From positions 40,424,001 through 40,488,000 of the forward strand of contig CM059445.1 in the NCBI GenBank assembly GCA_030390025.1: DNA of 64,000 nt, written 5' to 3'. The DNA is from Squalus acanthias (lineage: Eukaryota). The notes under the pieces were generated by a model. It made no database searches, was not told the origin of the DNA, and was given only the letters and a program-made list of their open reading frames with translations. Shown here piece by piece: positions 50,198 to 62,876 of the stretch. Numbering within the stretch: the first letter of the stretch is position 1; each line of letters opens with the position of its first letter. Both the position numbers and the translations under genes were made by a program.

Positions 50198-51725
50198 TCT
50201 GACTTTAACTTTGGACTCCCTCTTATTGTCTCCTCCCTATTCTCCCTCTACAACCAAGACATATCTATCCTCATCTTTGCCATGCCTATGTAACCTGAAT
50301 TTCCTCTGTGTCCATTTTGGCTGCTGTTCCAGACGCAATCCCATTATTTCTATCTCCCTTTTCCTTTCTCTTTTCTTTACCCCTCTTGAACCCTTCTCTC
50401 CTGTCTCCCTCCCTTCCTGTTACCCAATCATACCTCCTTTCATTTCTCCACTTTGTTCATCCAAATCCCTGCATCTACCCTTCATTATTCCTCTACCCTC
50501 TTATTCTCCTGCTGCTCTCCCAGGCTTGAGTCCTTCTTAGATAATCCCACAGCTTCCCACTGTGTCTCACTCAGCAATCTCTGGAGGGCACATCGAGACA
50601 CTTGTTGCTGCCTCCATATGAGCAGCAAACCTAACTATTCCATCCTACTCTCTTGCCCAGCTTCCCACCGAGCGCACCTGCTGGAGGCTAATCCTACCAA
50701 CCTCCTCCCTGTCCTGTTCACTCTCCCACTGCTGACCTTGTGGACTCTGCCAGCCGATCAATAATCACCGCCCCTCTCCACATCTTCCTCCAAAATATCT
50801 TTTCATTCGTGAACAAGGCCCTTGCCATCCATGACCTTATTGTGGATGATTGTATTGATCTCATGGCCTTGACAGGAACTTGGTTCACGGATGACACCTT
50901 GCCCCTTACTGAAGCCTCTCCGCCTGGCTATACCCTCCACCACCTGCCCTGCCCAAACTGCCACAGTGGCGGTGTGGCCCTTATCACCAAATCTCACCTT
51001 GGTCCGTCCATTTACACTTCTGGCACCTTTTGCCCCTCAGCTTGTTCTACCCCTCTTGCCCCTCCTTTAAGATCCTCATTCTCTACCACTCACTGAAGCC
51101 CCACTACTTTCCTCCTTCAGCTTTTGCAGCGAGCAGCTTCTCATCCTTGGTGATTTCAACCTTCATCTCAACAACCCACCTTGACCTCGCTCCACTGAGT
51201 ACACTGTCCTCCTGTCCTCCCTCAACCTCTCCCTCCATATATGCTCTTCTATATGGAGTTAACCGTATCAGGCCGTGAAAAAATATATGCCCGTATTCAC
51301 GACTACCACTTCAACATTGCCATCTCATGTGGCCTCTCTGGTCACTGTCTCAGGCTGAATCAGACATTTTGCATCCTGGCGTCCTATTTGACGCTGAGCT
51401 TCCAACCCCATCTCCTCGCCACATCATTGGTGGCCCTGCCTTCAGCCTTTTAGGCCCTAAGCTCTGGAATTCCTTCCGTAAACCTCTCCACCTCTCTCTC
51501 CTCTTTAAGATATTCCTAAAAACCTAACTCTTTGACCAAGCTTGTAGTTACACTATCTAATATTTTCTTCTTTGGCTCAGTGTCAATGTTTGTCTGATTA
51601 GACTCCTGTGAAGCACCTTGGGATGTTTTCCTATCAGAAATGTGCTATGTAAATGCAAGTTGTTCAGATTATTGTATTCATATTGTTTCTATGTAAAATT
51701 AAGTGTACATTATCTTTACTGTTAG

Positions 51726-52046
51726 ATGGACCAAAATATCCCACAATAATGTACAGGTTGAACAACAGCGACAGTTACCAACCTGGGATGAGTAGCCCCA
51801 TCACTGTCCCCATTGACTCATTCCTGGAACTGAGATGCTCTGTGGATAGTAATCCAGCCTCCTCTGTGATCTGGGTGAAAGACAGGGAAAACCACACTGA
51901 GATGTTACAACTTGCAGCTGGATTAAATAGTTCAAAAGTAACCATAAGAAAATTCCAGTCTGACGATGGAGGAGTCTACTGGTGTATGGCAAACAACAGT
52001 TACGGCTGGGGTAACACAAGTGTTTCGATAAAAGCTGAACAGAAAG
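51726..52046 (+). CDS. Gene B exon 4, I/C2-type Ig domain (321 nt, intact)
   Basis: ~90% aa identical to gene A exon 4; ends KAEQK G|gtaaaa. Confidence 0.92.
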
Positions 52047-52625
52047 GTAAAAAGAAATGTAATAATGCATGTGTAAAGATCACAATGTCTGTTGCAGTGG
52101 AGTCACTTAAAAAAAAAATGGGAGCACAAATTAACTGTTTCAAGCATTTTCTCTTCTGGTCTCAGAAGTAGATGGACTGTAATATTTGTTCAATTTTAAA
52201 ATACACTTGTGTAGTAAATAACACATACCGTTCTCAAAACATTATCAATGTTAAGCCACTTACAGAATAAAGCACATTTGTACATGATTAACACCACTTG
52301 TTTACAGCTATAAGACCAGTGATTTGCTTTTCCACAGAGCTTTTTAATGTTGGGCAAAGAAAATGGAAAATTAAAGTCCTTCTATTTTATCTATTAACAG
52401 CAGTGTACACCAGGCACGATACTTTCTTTGGAATCTGAAGAAAATAGCTATGCTGCTGTCAAAGAAAAATGTAAAAATTGCATTTGTATAACATCTTTTC
52501 ATGTCTTTCAGAAATATCTCCAAGAATTTCAAATACAATAAATTGTGTTTAGGTGCGATGACTGTTGTCATTAAATGTGATTTTATTATTATTTATGATT
52601 TTATTATTTATTATCTCTTTCACAG

Positions 52626-52727
52626 ATCATTGGTTTCTTCCTCTTCTGGTTCTACTCATTGCTCTCAGTGGATTAATCGTTGTGGTAACAATATACCTTT
52701 GTCTGATCTGGAGGAGGCAGTTGAAAG
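52626..52727 (+). CDS. Gene B exon 5, uncharged transmembrane DHWFLPLLVLLIALSGLIVVVTIYLCLIWRRQLK(G)
   Basis: ctctttcacag| acceptor, AAAG|gtaaat donor, phase 1-1, basic stop-transfer RRQLK, no stop codon. Confidence 0.9.
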
Positions 52728-52899
52728 GTAAATCTGAAAATAAATAATTGGTTGTAGGTGTTAACCTTACCATTGACATCAATAGCGAACTGTAAAATGA
52801 TGTGGTTTTCACTAGCCGGTGTGATTATACAGTCCTTTGCAGTAACGTGTTTGTAAGTGTTCTTGCTTGTTGGGTTATTTTCATGTCCCAATCTCTCTC

Positions 52900-53245
52900 T
52901 GCTGCACTGTCGGAGGTGCAGTCTTTCGGATGAGACGTTAAACCAAGGCCCCGTCTGCTCTCTCAGGTGGATGTAAAAGATCCCATGGCACTATTTTGAA
53001 GAAGAGCAGGGGAGTTATCCCCGGTGTCCTGGCCAATATTTATCCCTCAACCCACATAACAAAAAAACAGATCATCTGGTCATTATCACATTGCTGTTTG
53101 TGGGAGCTTGCTGTGCGCAAATTGGCTGCCGCATTTCCCACATTACAACAGTGACTCCACTTCAAAAAGTACTTCATTGGCTGTAAAGCGCTTTGAGACG
53201 TCCGGTGGTCGTGAAAGGCGCTATATAAATGCAAGTCTTTCTTTC
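52900..53245 (+). mobile_element. 5'-truncated DeuSINE
   Basis: gctgcactgtcggaggtgcagtctttcggatgagacg...gcgctatataaatgcaag. Confidence 0.8.
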
Positions 53246-53539
53246 TCTGTTATATAGGCTGTTCATACCAAGCTAGGGCATTATAGAAGATCATTTAAAC
53301 ATTCTCCAAATTTCATCACTTATGTTCTGAATGCCATACCAGAACTATGGTATGCTATACCAGAAAATTAAATAATATATTGGGTTTTTGCTAAAGACCA
53401 AATTATTATATTATTTTTGCAGCAAATATGTGACCAACATTTTCTATTAGTTACCGAATGGCATCCTTTCAAATATTTAGCAGTCACGGTTGGATTAGGA
53501 TACAGGAGGTAAATTAACTGTACGCCAATATTTATATCT

Positions 53540-55030
53540 CTGTAATACTCTCCAGTGTTTGACTAGAAATGGTGCTTAAGAACATGCCGAAACTAAAGTT
53601 AAACAAATTACAGGGACCTGGAGGTTTACATCTCAGGATCCTGAGGAAAGCTCGGAAAGTAATAGCAAAGGCTCTGACTATAATTTTCCAAAACGCATTG
53701 GGAAAGAAAGTTGCACCAGATGACTGGAGGGTGACAAAATTGATACCCTTCTTCACAAAATGAGATAAATCAGGACATTAGAGGCCAGTTACACTTATTT
53801 CAGTTGTTAGTAATTTTATCCTGTGTTATAGATTCTAGTAGTTTACTAACAGGAGTTAATCAGGGCCAGTCAACACAGATTTCTAAACGGCAGGTTGTGC
53901 TTTACCCAGCTCATAGTACTCTTTGACAACAAAGAGGAATTGTAGTGGATGCAAGTTATATGAATTTTCAAAAAGAATTTGTTAAACTGCCATATAGAGC
54001 CTTATGGCAAAGGCAATGGCACATGTAATTGGCTCCAGGGATTGTTGGAGAGTAGAAAGCAAAGAATCATGGTAAAAGGCAGTTTCTTGGACTGGAACGG
54101 TTTGGTGACTGGTGTTCCATAGAAATCTGTATTGGGTCACTATTATTTACTATATATAGAAATGATCTGGATTTAGGAATTAAGGAAATAATATCAAAAT
54201 TGGCTGATCACGTGGAATTGGAAGATATGGGAAATTTTAATCAGGATTGTGAAACACTGCAGAATATATAGATAGGCTAATGGGATTGGTATATAGGTGG
54301 CAGATGCAATTCAATGCAGAAACATATAAGTTAATACATTTTGGAAGTAAAAGCAGAGACTTTTTATGGGAATATTTTAGATTAGAGGAGCAGGGTGACT
54401 TGGTGTGCAGAAACATAAGTCATTTAAACCACAAGTAGATAAGGCCAAAGAACTAAACTGAATCCATGGTTTTGTATCGGGAGGCATAGAATAGAAAAAG
54501 AGGTAATGTTGAACTTTTCAGTTTGGCCAAAGTTAGAGCATTGTGTCTAGATTTGGGCTCCCCATTAGAGGAAGAGTAAAAAAAGCAATGGAAAAGGTGC
54601 AGCAAGGATTCACTGGGATGTTAGCGGGAATGAGGAGTTACTGTTAAGAAGAGACTTAAGAAGATAAGGCTTTTTTTGACTACAGCTGCGAAGGTTAAGA
54701 TGGTTATGATAAGGTAAGTAATGAGAGATTGTCTCAACTGATCACTGCGACAGTAACGAGAGGGCATAAAGTTTAAGATAATCGCAAAAGAATTGAAGGG
54801 GAAGTTAGAAAAATAGATCTTTACACAGTTGCTGCTTCGTATGTGGAATTGTCTGCCACAAACCATTGTTGGGACAGAGTCCATGAATTCTTTTAAAAAG
54901 GATAGTTGCTTGAAGAAGAGGGATATTAAAGAATATGGAGAGTGAACAGGAGAGTGGGAATAGATTATGTGGCGATAAAACACTGGCACAGACTTAATTG
55001 GGCAAACAGTCTGTTTCTATATTGTAACAT
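53540..55030 (+). mobile_element. Old degenerate CR1 LINE
   Basis: QGPGGLHLRIL...PDDWRVTKLIPFF; WQMQFNAE; many stops. Confidence 0.7.
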
Positions 55031-56186
55031 ATGATCTTTTGTATATTCAGCTTTAACTGTCTCTCAGAATAATAAATCTATGCAGTGGAATTAAAGCTTA
55101 AATGACGCAGATGCTATTGGAACTTTTTGTTGCGGTGCATCAGAAACTATTTAACTTTACATTCTGTTGCGATTGTTTGTTGTTTTGTCATTGATGCCAC
55201 TCTCAACTTTCCTCTCTTGGTCCTCTAAAGATCCTAATACATTGTCCTACATGCACTTCCTGTTCTCAGCACTGACAGTGAATTGAAATCAAAACTTGGC
55301 ACCTCTAAACCTCAGAACTGTGGAATGCCTTACTGTGTTTCCTTTCTCCTACAATATACAGGCTTTTATAACTAAAGCGTGATGTCATCTAACCACTAAT
55401 TCTTGATATTTCTCATCCTCTCGCCGACTTTCAACATTAATATCCATCACTGGCTCAAAAAATGCAGACGTCCAAAATTACATCAGAGCACCTAAGATTG
55501 TAAACGCAGAGTTTACAATTAGCAATTAGTAGTCAAATGCTTATTTTGTATGACATCCCTCTGTCCACTACTTCAATGAAGGCATTAACCTTTGTACTTG
55601 AAATGGTATAATGCCAGCGTGAAAACAGTCAACAAAGGAATATCACACTAATGTGTTAAGCGTTTGTCCACTAATATCGCTAATAGTAATGTCTAGGCTT
55701 AGCTCTGTGATGGATAAACATCTGCTTTGACAGAGAGAGCAGAGATTGTAGTAATAAAAATAAATCACCTCAACTCTATAAAAACTCTTGAATTCATTTC
55801 CATCCTTTTCAGCTTGTGCTACGGAACATATCGTCAGCATAATGTGTATTCAACATAATATAAAAATATTGTAACCAGTTGAAAATATTAAAGGATTTGT
55901 GACTCACATTTGCTGAAATTTAGCTGGGTGTTGGTCAGGGTTAACAGAAAATGTTGCTGCATTCATTACCTATACACATTGACTCATCAGCTCAAAGTGA
56001 AACAGCGATGCAAATTGTGTGGTATTAACTATTCACTGGTAGTTTCTTCTTGCTGGTAATTTTTTTTATTGCTGCACCTCTAACTGCTGTGGCATTATAG
56101 TAGTTCGATAGTTTTCATATTTCACTAAGGTTTAGAGTAGATGCTGTGAAGTACAAAATATTATAGGAAGAAATGTGATTTGAGTA

Positions 56187-56422
56187 ACAAAGCTGGGAAT
56201 ATTTGACGGCACAGAGCTGGGAATATTTGACGGCACAGAGCTGGGAATATCTGATGGTCATGATGCGGAGATGACAGAGCTGGGAATATCTGATGGCACA
56301 GAGCTGGGAGTATCTGATGGCACAGAGCTGGGAGTGTCTGATGGCACAGAGCTGGGAGTGTCTGATGGCACAGAGCTGGGAGTGTCTGATGGCACAGAGC
56401 TGGGAGTGTCTGATGGCACAGA
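56187..56422 (+). repeat. 24-bp minisatellite (acagagctgggagtgtctgatggc, ~9 units) with a 15-nt foreign insert
   Basis: Direct tandem repeats visible; insert catgatgcggagatg at 56259-56273. Confidence 0.9.
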
Positions 56423-56539
56423 TAAGGAAATACTACAGCAACCCTAAATCTAAATTCTGTGTAATAAGGTCTCTGTTTTCCATTATGTAATGGTGCATGT
56501 ACACAAGAGCTTTAATATCTCTGCAACCAGAGTGTGTTA

Positions 56540-57475
56540 CTACTGAATATATGGGTTCCACCAGAACCACTTGAGTCCAGACCTTATTACAGCCTTGGTC
56601 CAAACATGGACACAAGATCTGAATTCCAGAGTGATTGCCCTTGACATCAAGGCAGAATTTGACCGACTGGCATCAAGGAACCCTAGTAAAATTGAAGTAA
56701 ATGGGGATGAGGGGAAAACTCTCAAGTGACTGGAGTCCTATCTGGCACAAAGAAAGATGGTTGTGGTTATTGAGGCTAATCATCTCAGCCCAAGGTCATT
56801 GCTGCAGGAGTTTCTCAGAGCAGAGTCCTAGGTCCAACTCCCTTCAGCTGCTTCATCAAAGACCTTCCCTCCATCATAAGGTCAGAAGTGGAGCTGTTCG
56901 CTGATGATTGTAAGGTGTTCAGCTCCATTCACAATTCCCAAGATAATGAAGTAGTCCATGCCCGCATGCAGCAAGACCTGGACAACATTCAGGCTTGGGC
57001 TGATAAGTGGCAAGTAACAATTGTGCCATACAAGTGCCAGACAATGACCATCTCTAAAAAGAGAGCGTCTAACCACCTCCTCATGACAATTAATGCCTTT
57101 ACCATCACCAAGTCCCCCACCATCAACATCCTGGGAGTCACCATTGACCAGAAACACAACTATATCACTTAAATGCCATGGCTACGAGAGCAGAGCAGAG
57201 GCTGGTATTGCCTCCTAACTCTCCAAAGCATCTTCACCACCTACAAGGCACAAGTCTGGAGTGTGATGGAATACTCTTCACTTGCCTGGATGAGTGCAGC
57301 TCCAACAACACTAAGGAAGCTCGATACTATCCAGGACAAAGCAGTCCACTTGATCATCAGCCCATCCACCACCTCAAACATCCACTCCCTCCACCACCAG
57401 CGTACCGTGGGTGCAGTGTGTACTATCCACAGGATGCACTCTAGCAACTCGCCAAGTCTTCTATGGCAGCATCTT
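56540..57475 (+). mobile_element. Degenerate CR1-group LINE RT fragment (similar old family at 29500-29760 and 31340-31880 on -)
   Basis: LDIKAEFD; LFADDCKVF...QQDLDNIQAWADKWQV; YKAQVWSVMEY. Confidence 0.75.
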
Positions 57476-60400
57476 TATGTCTCTATTAATTCAGGGATAT
57501 CAAGTTTGGTGATTCCTCAGTTAAAGCTAATAAATTAGTATAAAAATAACAATTAAATGCTGTTGATTGCCATTGAGAACACTCATTTCATAATGTAATG
57601 AAATCACATTAGGATGTTCTTAACATTAATTAATTTCAAATGGTGATGTGTTCCCCTATGCAACGTACTCAAGCAGGAAAACAGCTTCTCTTCAATAAAA
57701 ATTGAAATTTTTAGTAAAGAGGTTTAGATTAGTGTGACTCCATGGGTGAGTGACAGTGCTAAACCGATAGTCATTATGCAGCAGTTCCTGGCTAGCTATC
57801 AGTAATCATTTATCATATCTTGACTCAAACTGCGAGGTGTATTTTAATTAAAATATTATTAATTTCACTCCATAAACTTTTGAAACTGGAGGAAGTTGTT
57901 TCAATAGTAATTTCTGAAGACCGGGTATCCTCTTATGTTCTGTATATAAAACAAGGCCAAGGTCAGAGGAAATTGTGCCTGAGTTACATCTACGTACAGT
58001 ACACGGATGTGGGAGGAAACTGTATTAATGCTAATCCAATATGGGCATTGATGTGCAGCCCACAAGAGGTTGTTTAGAATATATTTGGGGAATATATTTT
58101 TTTGAAAAGCTCCAAATTTAATATGTAAAGCATATTCAGTTACAGTGTGTTTTTTCTAATTCACTGCTTGCTTGCTTGCTGTACTCCAGCCACAAAGGGA
58201 ATAGAAGCTCATTTCATAAGACTTTGTGTTTCTTTCAAGAGAAGTCAAAGGAATTCCTGTGTTATTTCTGGATCTCAAATGTTCTTATGCAATTCCAATT
58301 TAGTGGATCAGTTTCAATCCTGACCTATTGTCCCAACTTCGGCAGAGTATTCTAGAATTTTGAAATGTCAAATTTTGTATTTGGCTCTCCAAACCTCTCC
58401 CCAAAAATTCCATGGATCTCCTGCCTTCTGATGATAATCTCTCTGCTGTTGTTCCTTTCTGGATGAGACTCTCTACCCTACTGCTATAGCTGAGGAGTTT
58501 CTGGCTGCCCTTATTCTCTACCAAAGATTAATCTCTTTCACCCTCCTGGGCCTCAGTGCTGTTTGTTTAAATCTCTGATGGAGTAAAATCCAGTGGATGG
58601 CAACAGCAGGGTCTGAATCACCTATTTGTCATTCAAGCGCTTTTTAGATAAGCATTCTTTTTTAAGAACAAAATGGGGTAGAAATACATCGAGCAGTAGC
58701 AGCAAATGGATGCTATCGCATCAGCCAATCGTATACTGACTATCAGGCGGGGTGTATAACAGGGGCCGATGCAGTACCGCCCATTTTGTGCTTCTAACCG
58801 AGATGAATTTCTACATCAAATGACTGTGCAACTCAAGGAAAATAAATTATAAAATATAAATGGGGATTAAAATCCCATATATAACAATGCACAGGGTTCG
58901 AGTCTCCGATTTGCTATCAAAGGAATTTATATAATAATTTTAAATAGTGCATCATACAATTTAATACTTTTCTGTTAGAATGTGGAAGGACTCTTTCAAC
59001 ATAAAAACACTATACTGTAACTTATTACATTAATTTATGACACAAAAAATCCCATAACAGCAAACTCAGAGATTCAAATTTTATGGGGCATCAAAGCCAA
59101 ATGGGTTTCTGTCCCCCCTCTGTAATTACTGAGGCAAATAAAGAACATTTTTCATCGCAGCCATATTTGGAAATTTGTGGTGTTGCACACGGTAAAGTGC
59201 CCCTCGTATCCAAACAGCGCACATTACAATAGTGCCCTCTGTACATTCAGTCATGTGTGCTTCCTTGCAATGAGCAGTTACATGAAACCACTGAAAATGA
59301 ACTCTGCAAAGATTGAAAAGGTCAGTAGTTATGCTTTTGCATTTCTTATGCTTGTTTGAAGCAACAATTCTATAATTTTCGGAAACGTGGTTTACTGCAG
59401 CCTTTGTAAGTGAGAAGCAGTGTGCAGTAGGAGGTCGGATTTACCTTCAGTACAGGCCTGGGTGACCACAATAGAAATCCGCAGACCTCCATCAGTGAAC
59501 TATCAAGCTGTAAAGCTTTATATTTTAATCATTTTTATTTCAACGTTGACTCAACTAAACATAAACCAGTTTTTCCTTTTGTAAAGTTCAGCGTCCCTGT
59601 GTATATAGAGCTGTTTATATTCAGGGAAATGTTTGGAGTGAGATTTATGATCAGAGAAAGTGACAGGTTGTAAATCTGATTATTTTTCAGAATCGGATAA
59701 ATTAAGATGGATGACCTCCAAAATTAAAATGAGTGCGTTTCACTGCTAATGATTACGAGTTGCCAGGCGTCTGTATGTCAATATTTTTATATGAACGTGG
59801 CTGGCTCAGTAGCAAGTTACTGGAATGTTCCATGACTGACTAAAATTGGTTTGAAGCCAAACAACCAATTATTATAAAGAAATACTCAGAACAGGATAGA
59901 TATAACAGTAAAAATTATCAACTACCCCACCAATACTTTATTAATGGAGATAGTTGATTGGAGACTGTAATTTTTGCAGCCATTATTTATTATCACTTAT
60001 AAATTATTTTGCAGTGGTCAATATTGAACTCAAGAAGACAGTCATGTAAATAAAAGCTATTAATTTTCTGCCAATGTTCAGCCCCTCACTCCTCTCCTCT
60101 CCTGAAACTTTGACTCATGGCTAGAATAAGGGCCTTCAGGAGATAATAGTTTTCAGATACCTTTCCAGAGTGACTGTTCTTCATGGATAGTGAGTGTCGA
60201 CAGGCTATTTGACTGTTGAGAGCATCAAAGCGGAGTCAACTCCTGTCATTGCCCGATACCAGTGTACATGCACTTCCAGGAGTTGTTACTGGACAGCAAT
60301 CTGAAGTTTGCTCCTGACTGATTTTCTCCTCCATAACAAGGGCACTAAGACCTGGTACCACCACCTTGACTTAGATCAGCTAACTCAGCGTAGACTGGGG

Positions 60401-62876
60401 ATTACATTTGAGAACATCCTCGTCTGTATGACTGAGTTCCCTTCTGCCTTAATGAGCTGAGCCATTGAGGGAAACATCAGGGAAATGAAGCCTATTTTTC
60501 TTTAGTAAAGATTGAAAGAGTCATACAGAGACATATCATTCTATGAAAAAGAACTTTAAAGGGGGTTCACATTAACAAAAGTTAATGATCACTTTATGGT
60601 TGAGTTCCATTTGAACCGTTTATAATATAGTTGGTTAATTCTTGCTAATCTCAAAATAACTGCAAAATGACATATGTAAAGTATCACTACAAGAGCATTA
60701 CAGAGCACGCTGTCCTCCTGTATTGAAATAACTGGTTTAATAGATTTTAATGGTCAGATATCAAAGCATTGTATCCGTGCTATTTCGTACAGGGAATTTC
60801 ATGAAATACTTGTTCATTAGCTAGAAAAGTGACTGATTATAATGCACCTGTACTAATGCTCCTTTCACATTTCTCAAGCAACTAAATTTCTAAAAAGGTT
60901 TAACTGATGCAAAGTTTGTGAATCCTGATATGAATACCTGTGTCTAATGATTTCCATGAATATTGGGAAAATCCCAGTTCGTCCACAAGGGGCATAGCAC
61001 ATATAAACATAGCTAAAAAGGCCGTCAGCACACAGATCTCATGGTAAAGTACATCTGACTACAGAATAACCAATTAGTTGAAGCAATTAAGTGACCATGG
61101 AAGTAACTTGATGACGAATGTCTCACTTATTACATTAAAACACTTGTGATTTTTTGTTCCATTTGTATATCTGTGCTGACATATATTGTAAACTAAAGAC
61201 ATTTTTGCATTCACACACATGTCCCAGAGACACTTGAGTCAGAATGTAATTAAATTAAAGGTTAAATAATTGAACACCAAAGGAAAGAGAGAAAAAGATG
61301 AATAGCAAATTTTTTATTTTGTACACTTCAGTACTGGCCAGCGATTAAATCAGGAAACAACAACACTTGGGGCGTGAAATTGGTCATGGGCAGGACCATA
61401 TGACTTCAAGAGAACTGAATATCAGGCGCATAGTATATCGGGCAGCAAATGCGATTCTGCCTGTTTTGCCTCCCGCCCACGTCTTGTTTCACCCCCTTGT
61501 AGTTTTCGCCTTGGAGATTTTCGACCTGCAAAAAAAAAAAATCACCTCTGTTTGTATTCACAGATAGCTTCAAATATTTAAATTAAAAACAGATTTGGGG
61601 TGATTGAAATTTCGGTAATACATATTTTCTGTTTTTTAAGCCTTCAATATTAATCATACCATGACATCTATAAGGCAGTCACAGGCTTCTCCGGGATGCA
61701 TTCTCCTTCTCTATGTTGGTATGTCCCCCAGAGAGGTGTCTTTTTATCCTTACGTTTTTTTTTTGTTGTTTACCATGATATTCATCTTTTTTGGCAAGTT
61801 CTCAGGTTTCCACTGAAGTATATTTTCCCCTCATCTCCGATTTAAATATTCCCTTTTAACTACACGCAGGTTCTCTTTTATTAAGTGTGCCTCCAAACTC
61901 TAATCTCTTATAAAGATATCAATCTGACCATATGAAACTTATGTCCATCCTCAGCCTTTAACCATGGGCCTATATTATCTTACATTTTCTGCACATAACC
62001 TCAAGCTTCACTAACTTTTTTCTTAGACTTAAGTTATACTGATGTTTGTCTAATTTTTTCTAAATGATACCCGCTGTTAGGTCCTTGGTTACTAGTTTTA
62101 CTTCTTGATCTATCACCTCCTGTTCACCCTCTGATCTTTCATTCTCCATTTAATGCTTCTCCTGGTACCTCCCTCCAGAGTTTATTAACGTTTCCAATTG
62201 AAGTAAATTATATTTTCTATTCCTATTCTGATGCATATTTAGTTTAATCCATCTTTAAACTAACTTATGCCTTACAACAAAACCAATCCAAAAGCTAAAC
62301 TACAACTATCTAATCATGTGAACGGAATTCTGCATATCAATGCTTGGGTAATAGTGGTGGGGACTGCTGTGATCAATTCAAGGTTTTTGATATGCTAATG
62401 AAAATATTATGGGTTAACTGAGTAAAGCACTGATTTATATTTTCTCATTCATATAAAATGGTAAATTATGTTGCAGATCTCAAGTTAAGATTGTAGGAAA
62501 GACTGTGGTAATACCTAGAACTGTGTCTGCTAAATAACATCAGTTCAGCTGACTAACTCCCATTCTGCTTCTATTGCCTTCTGTGCAATTCTGCATATGC
62601 TTCTCATGTCTGGCCTTTAACAAGGCCTTTACAAATAGGTCATTTGATTTGCAGGTTTTATTTCTAAGAGTGATCTGCGCCGACTAGCAAACTGTATTGG
62701 AATCAGAATCTTGAGGAAACCTCTTTTGGACTGTATTTGCTTCATCAAGATTTTTTTTAAAAATAGTGACATTTTTAATACTTTCCCATGCAGATAAAAT
62801 GCATCGTCTATTTATTCACACACTGTTTTGTTTCTGCTACGTTCCTATCATCGTTTAGGATGGGAGTGAGACTCAG

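Larger units (their letters stand above)
41408..52727 (+). pseudogene. IgSF receptor gene B (L-VJ-C1-I-TM neutral; cytoplasmic exons not located), putative inhibitory partner; V exon frameshifted as given
   Basis: Five exons with canonical splice sites in phase 1; V exon 343 nt (-2). Confidence 0.75.

Noticed and set aside
12560-52040. Genes A and B as an uncollapsed haplotype duplicate
   Set aside because: Unrelated leaders, TM exons and most intron sequence, plus distinct TE insertions, show two real paralogues
12071-52727. Assigning a symbol such as NCR3, SIRPA, CD22/MAG or CADM
   Set aside because: Each matches only part of the architecture; orthology cannot be established without searches
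56187-56490. CRISPR-like array or MAQSWECL repeat protein
   Set aside because: Tandem units without unique spacers in a vertebrate genome; the ORF is a by-product of the 24-bp period
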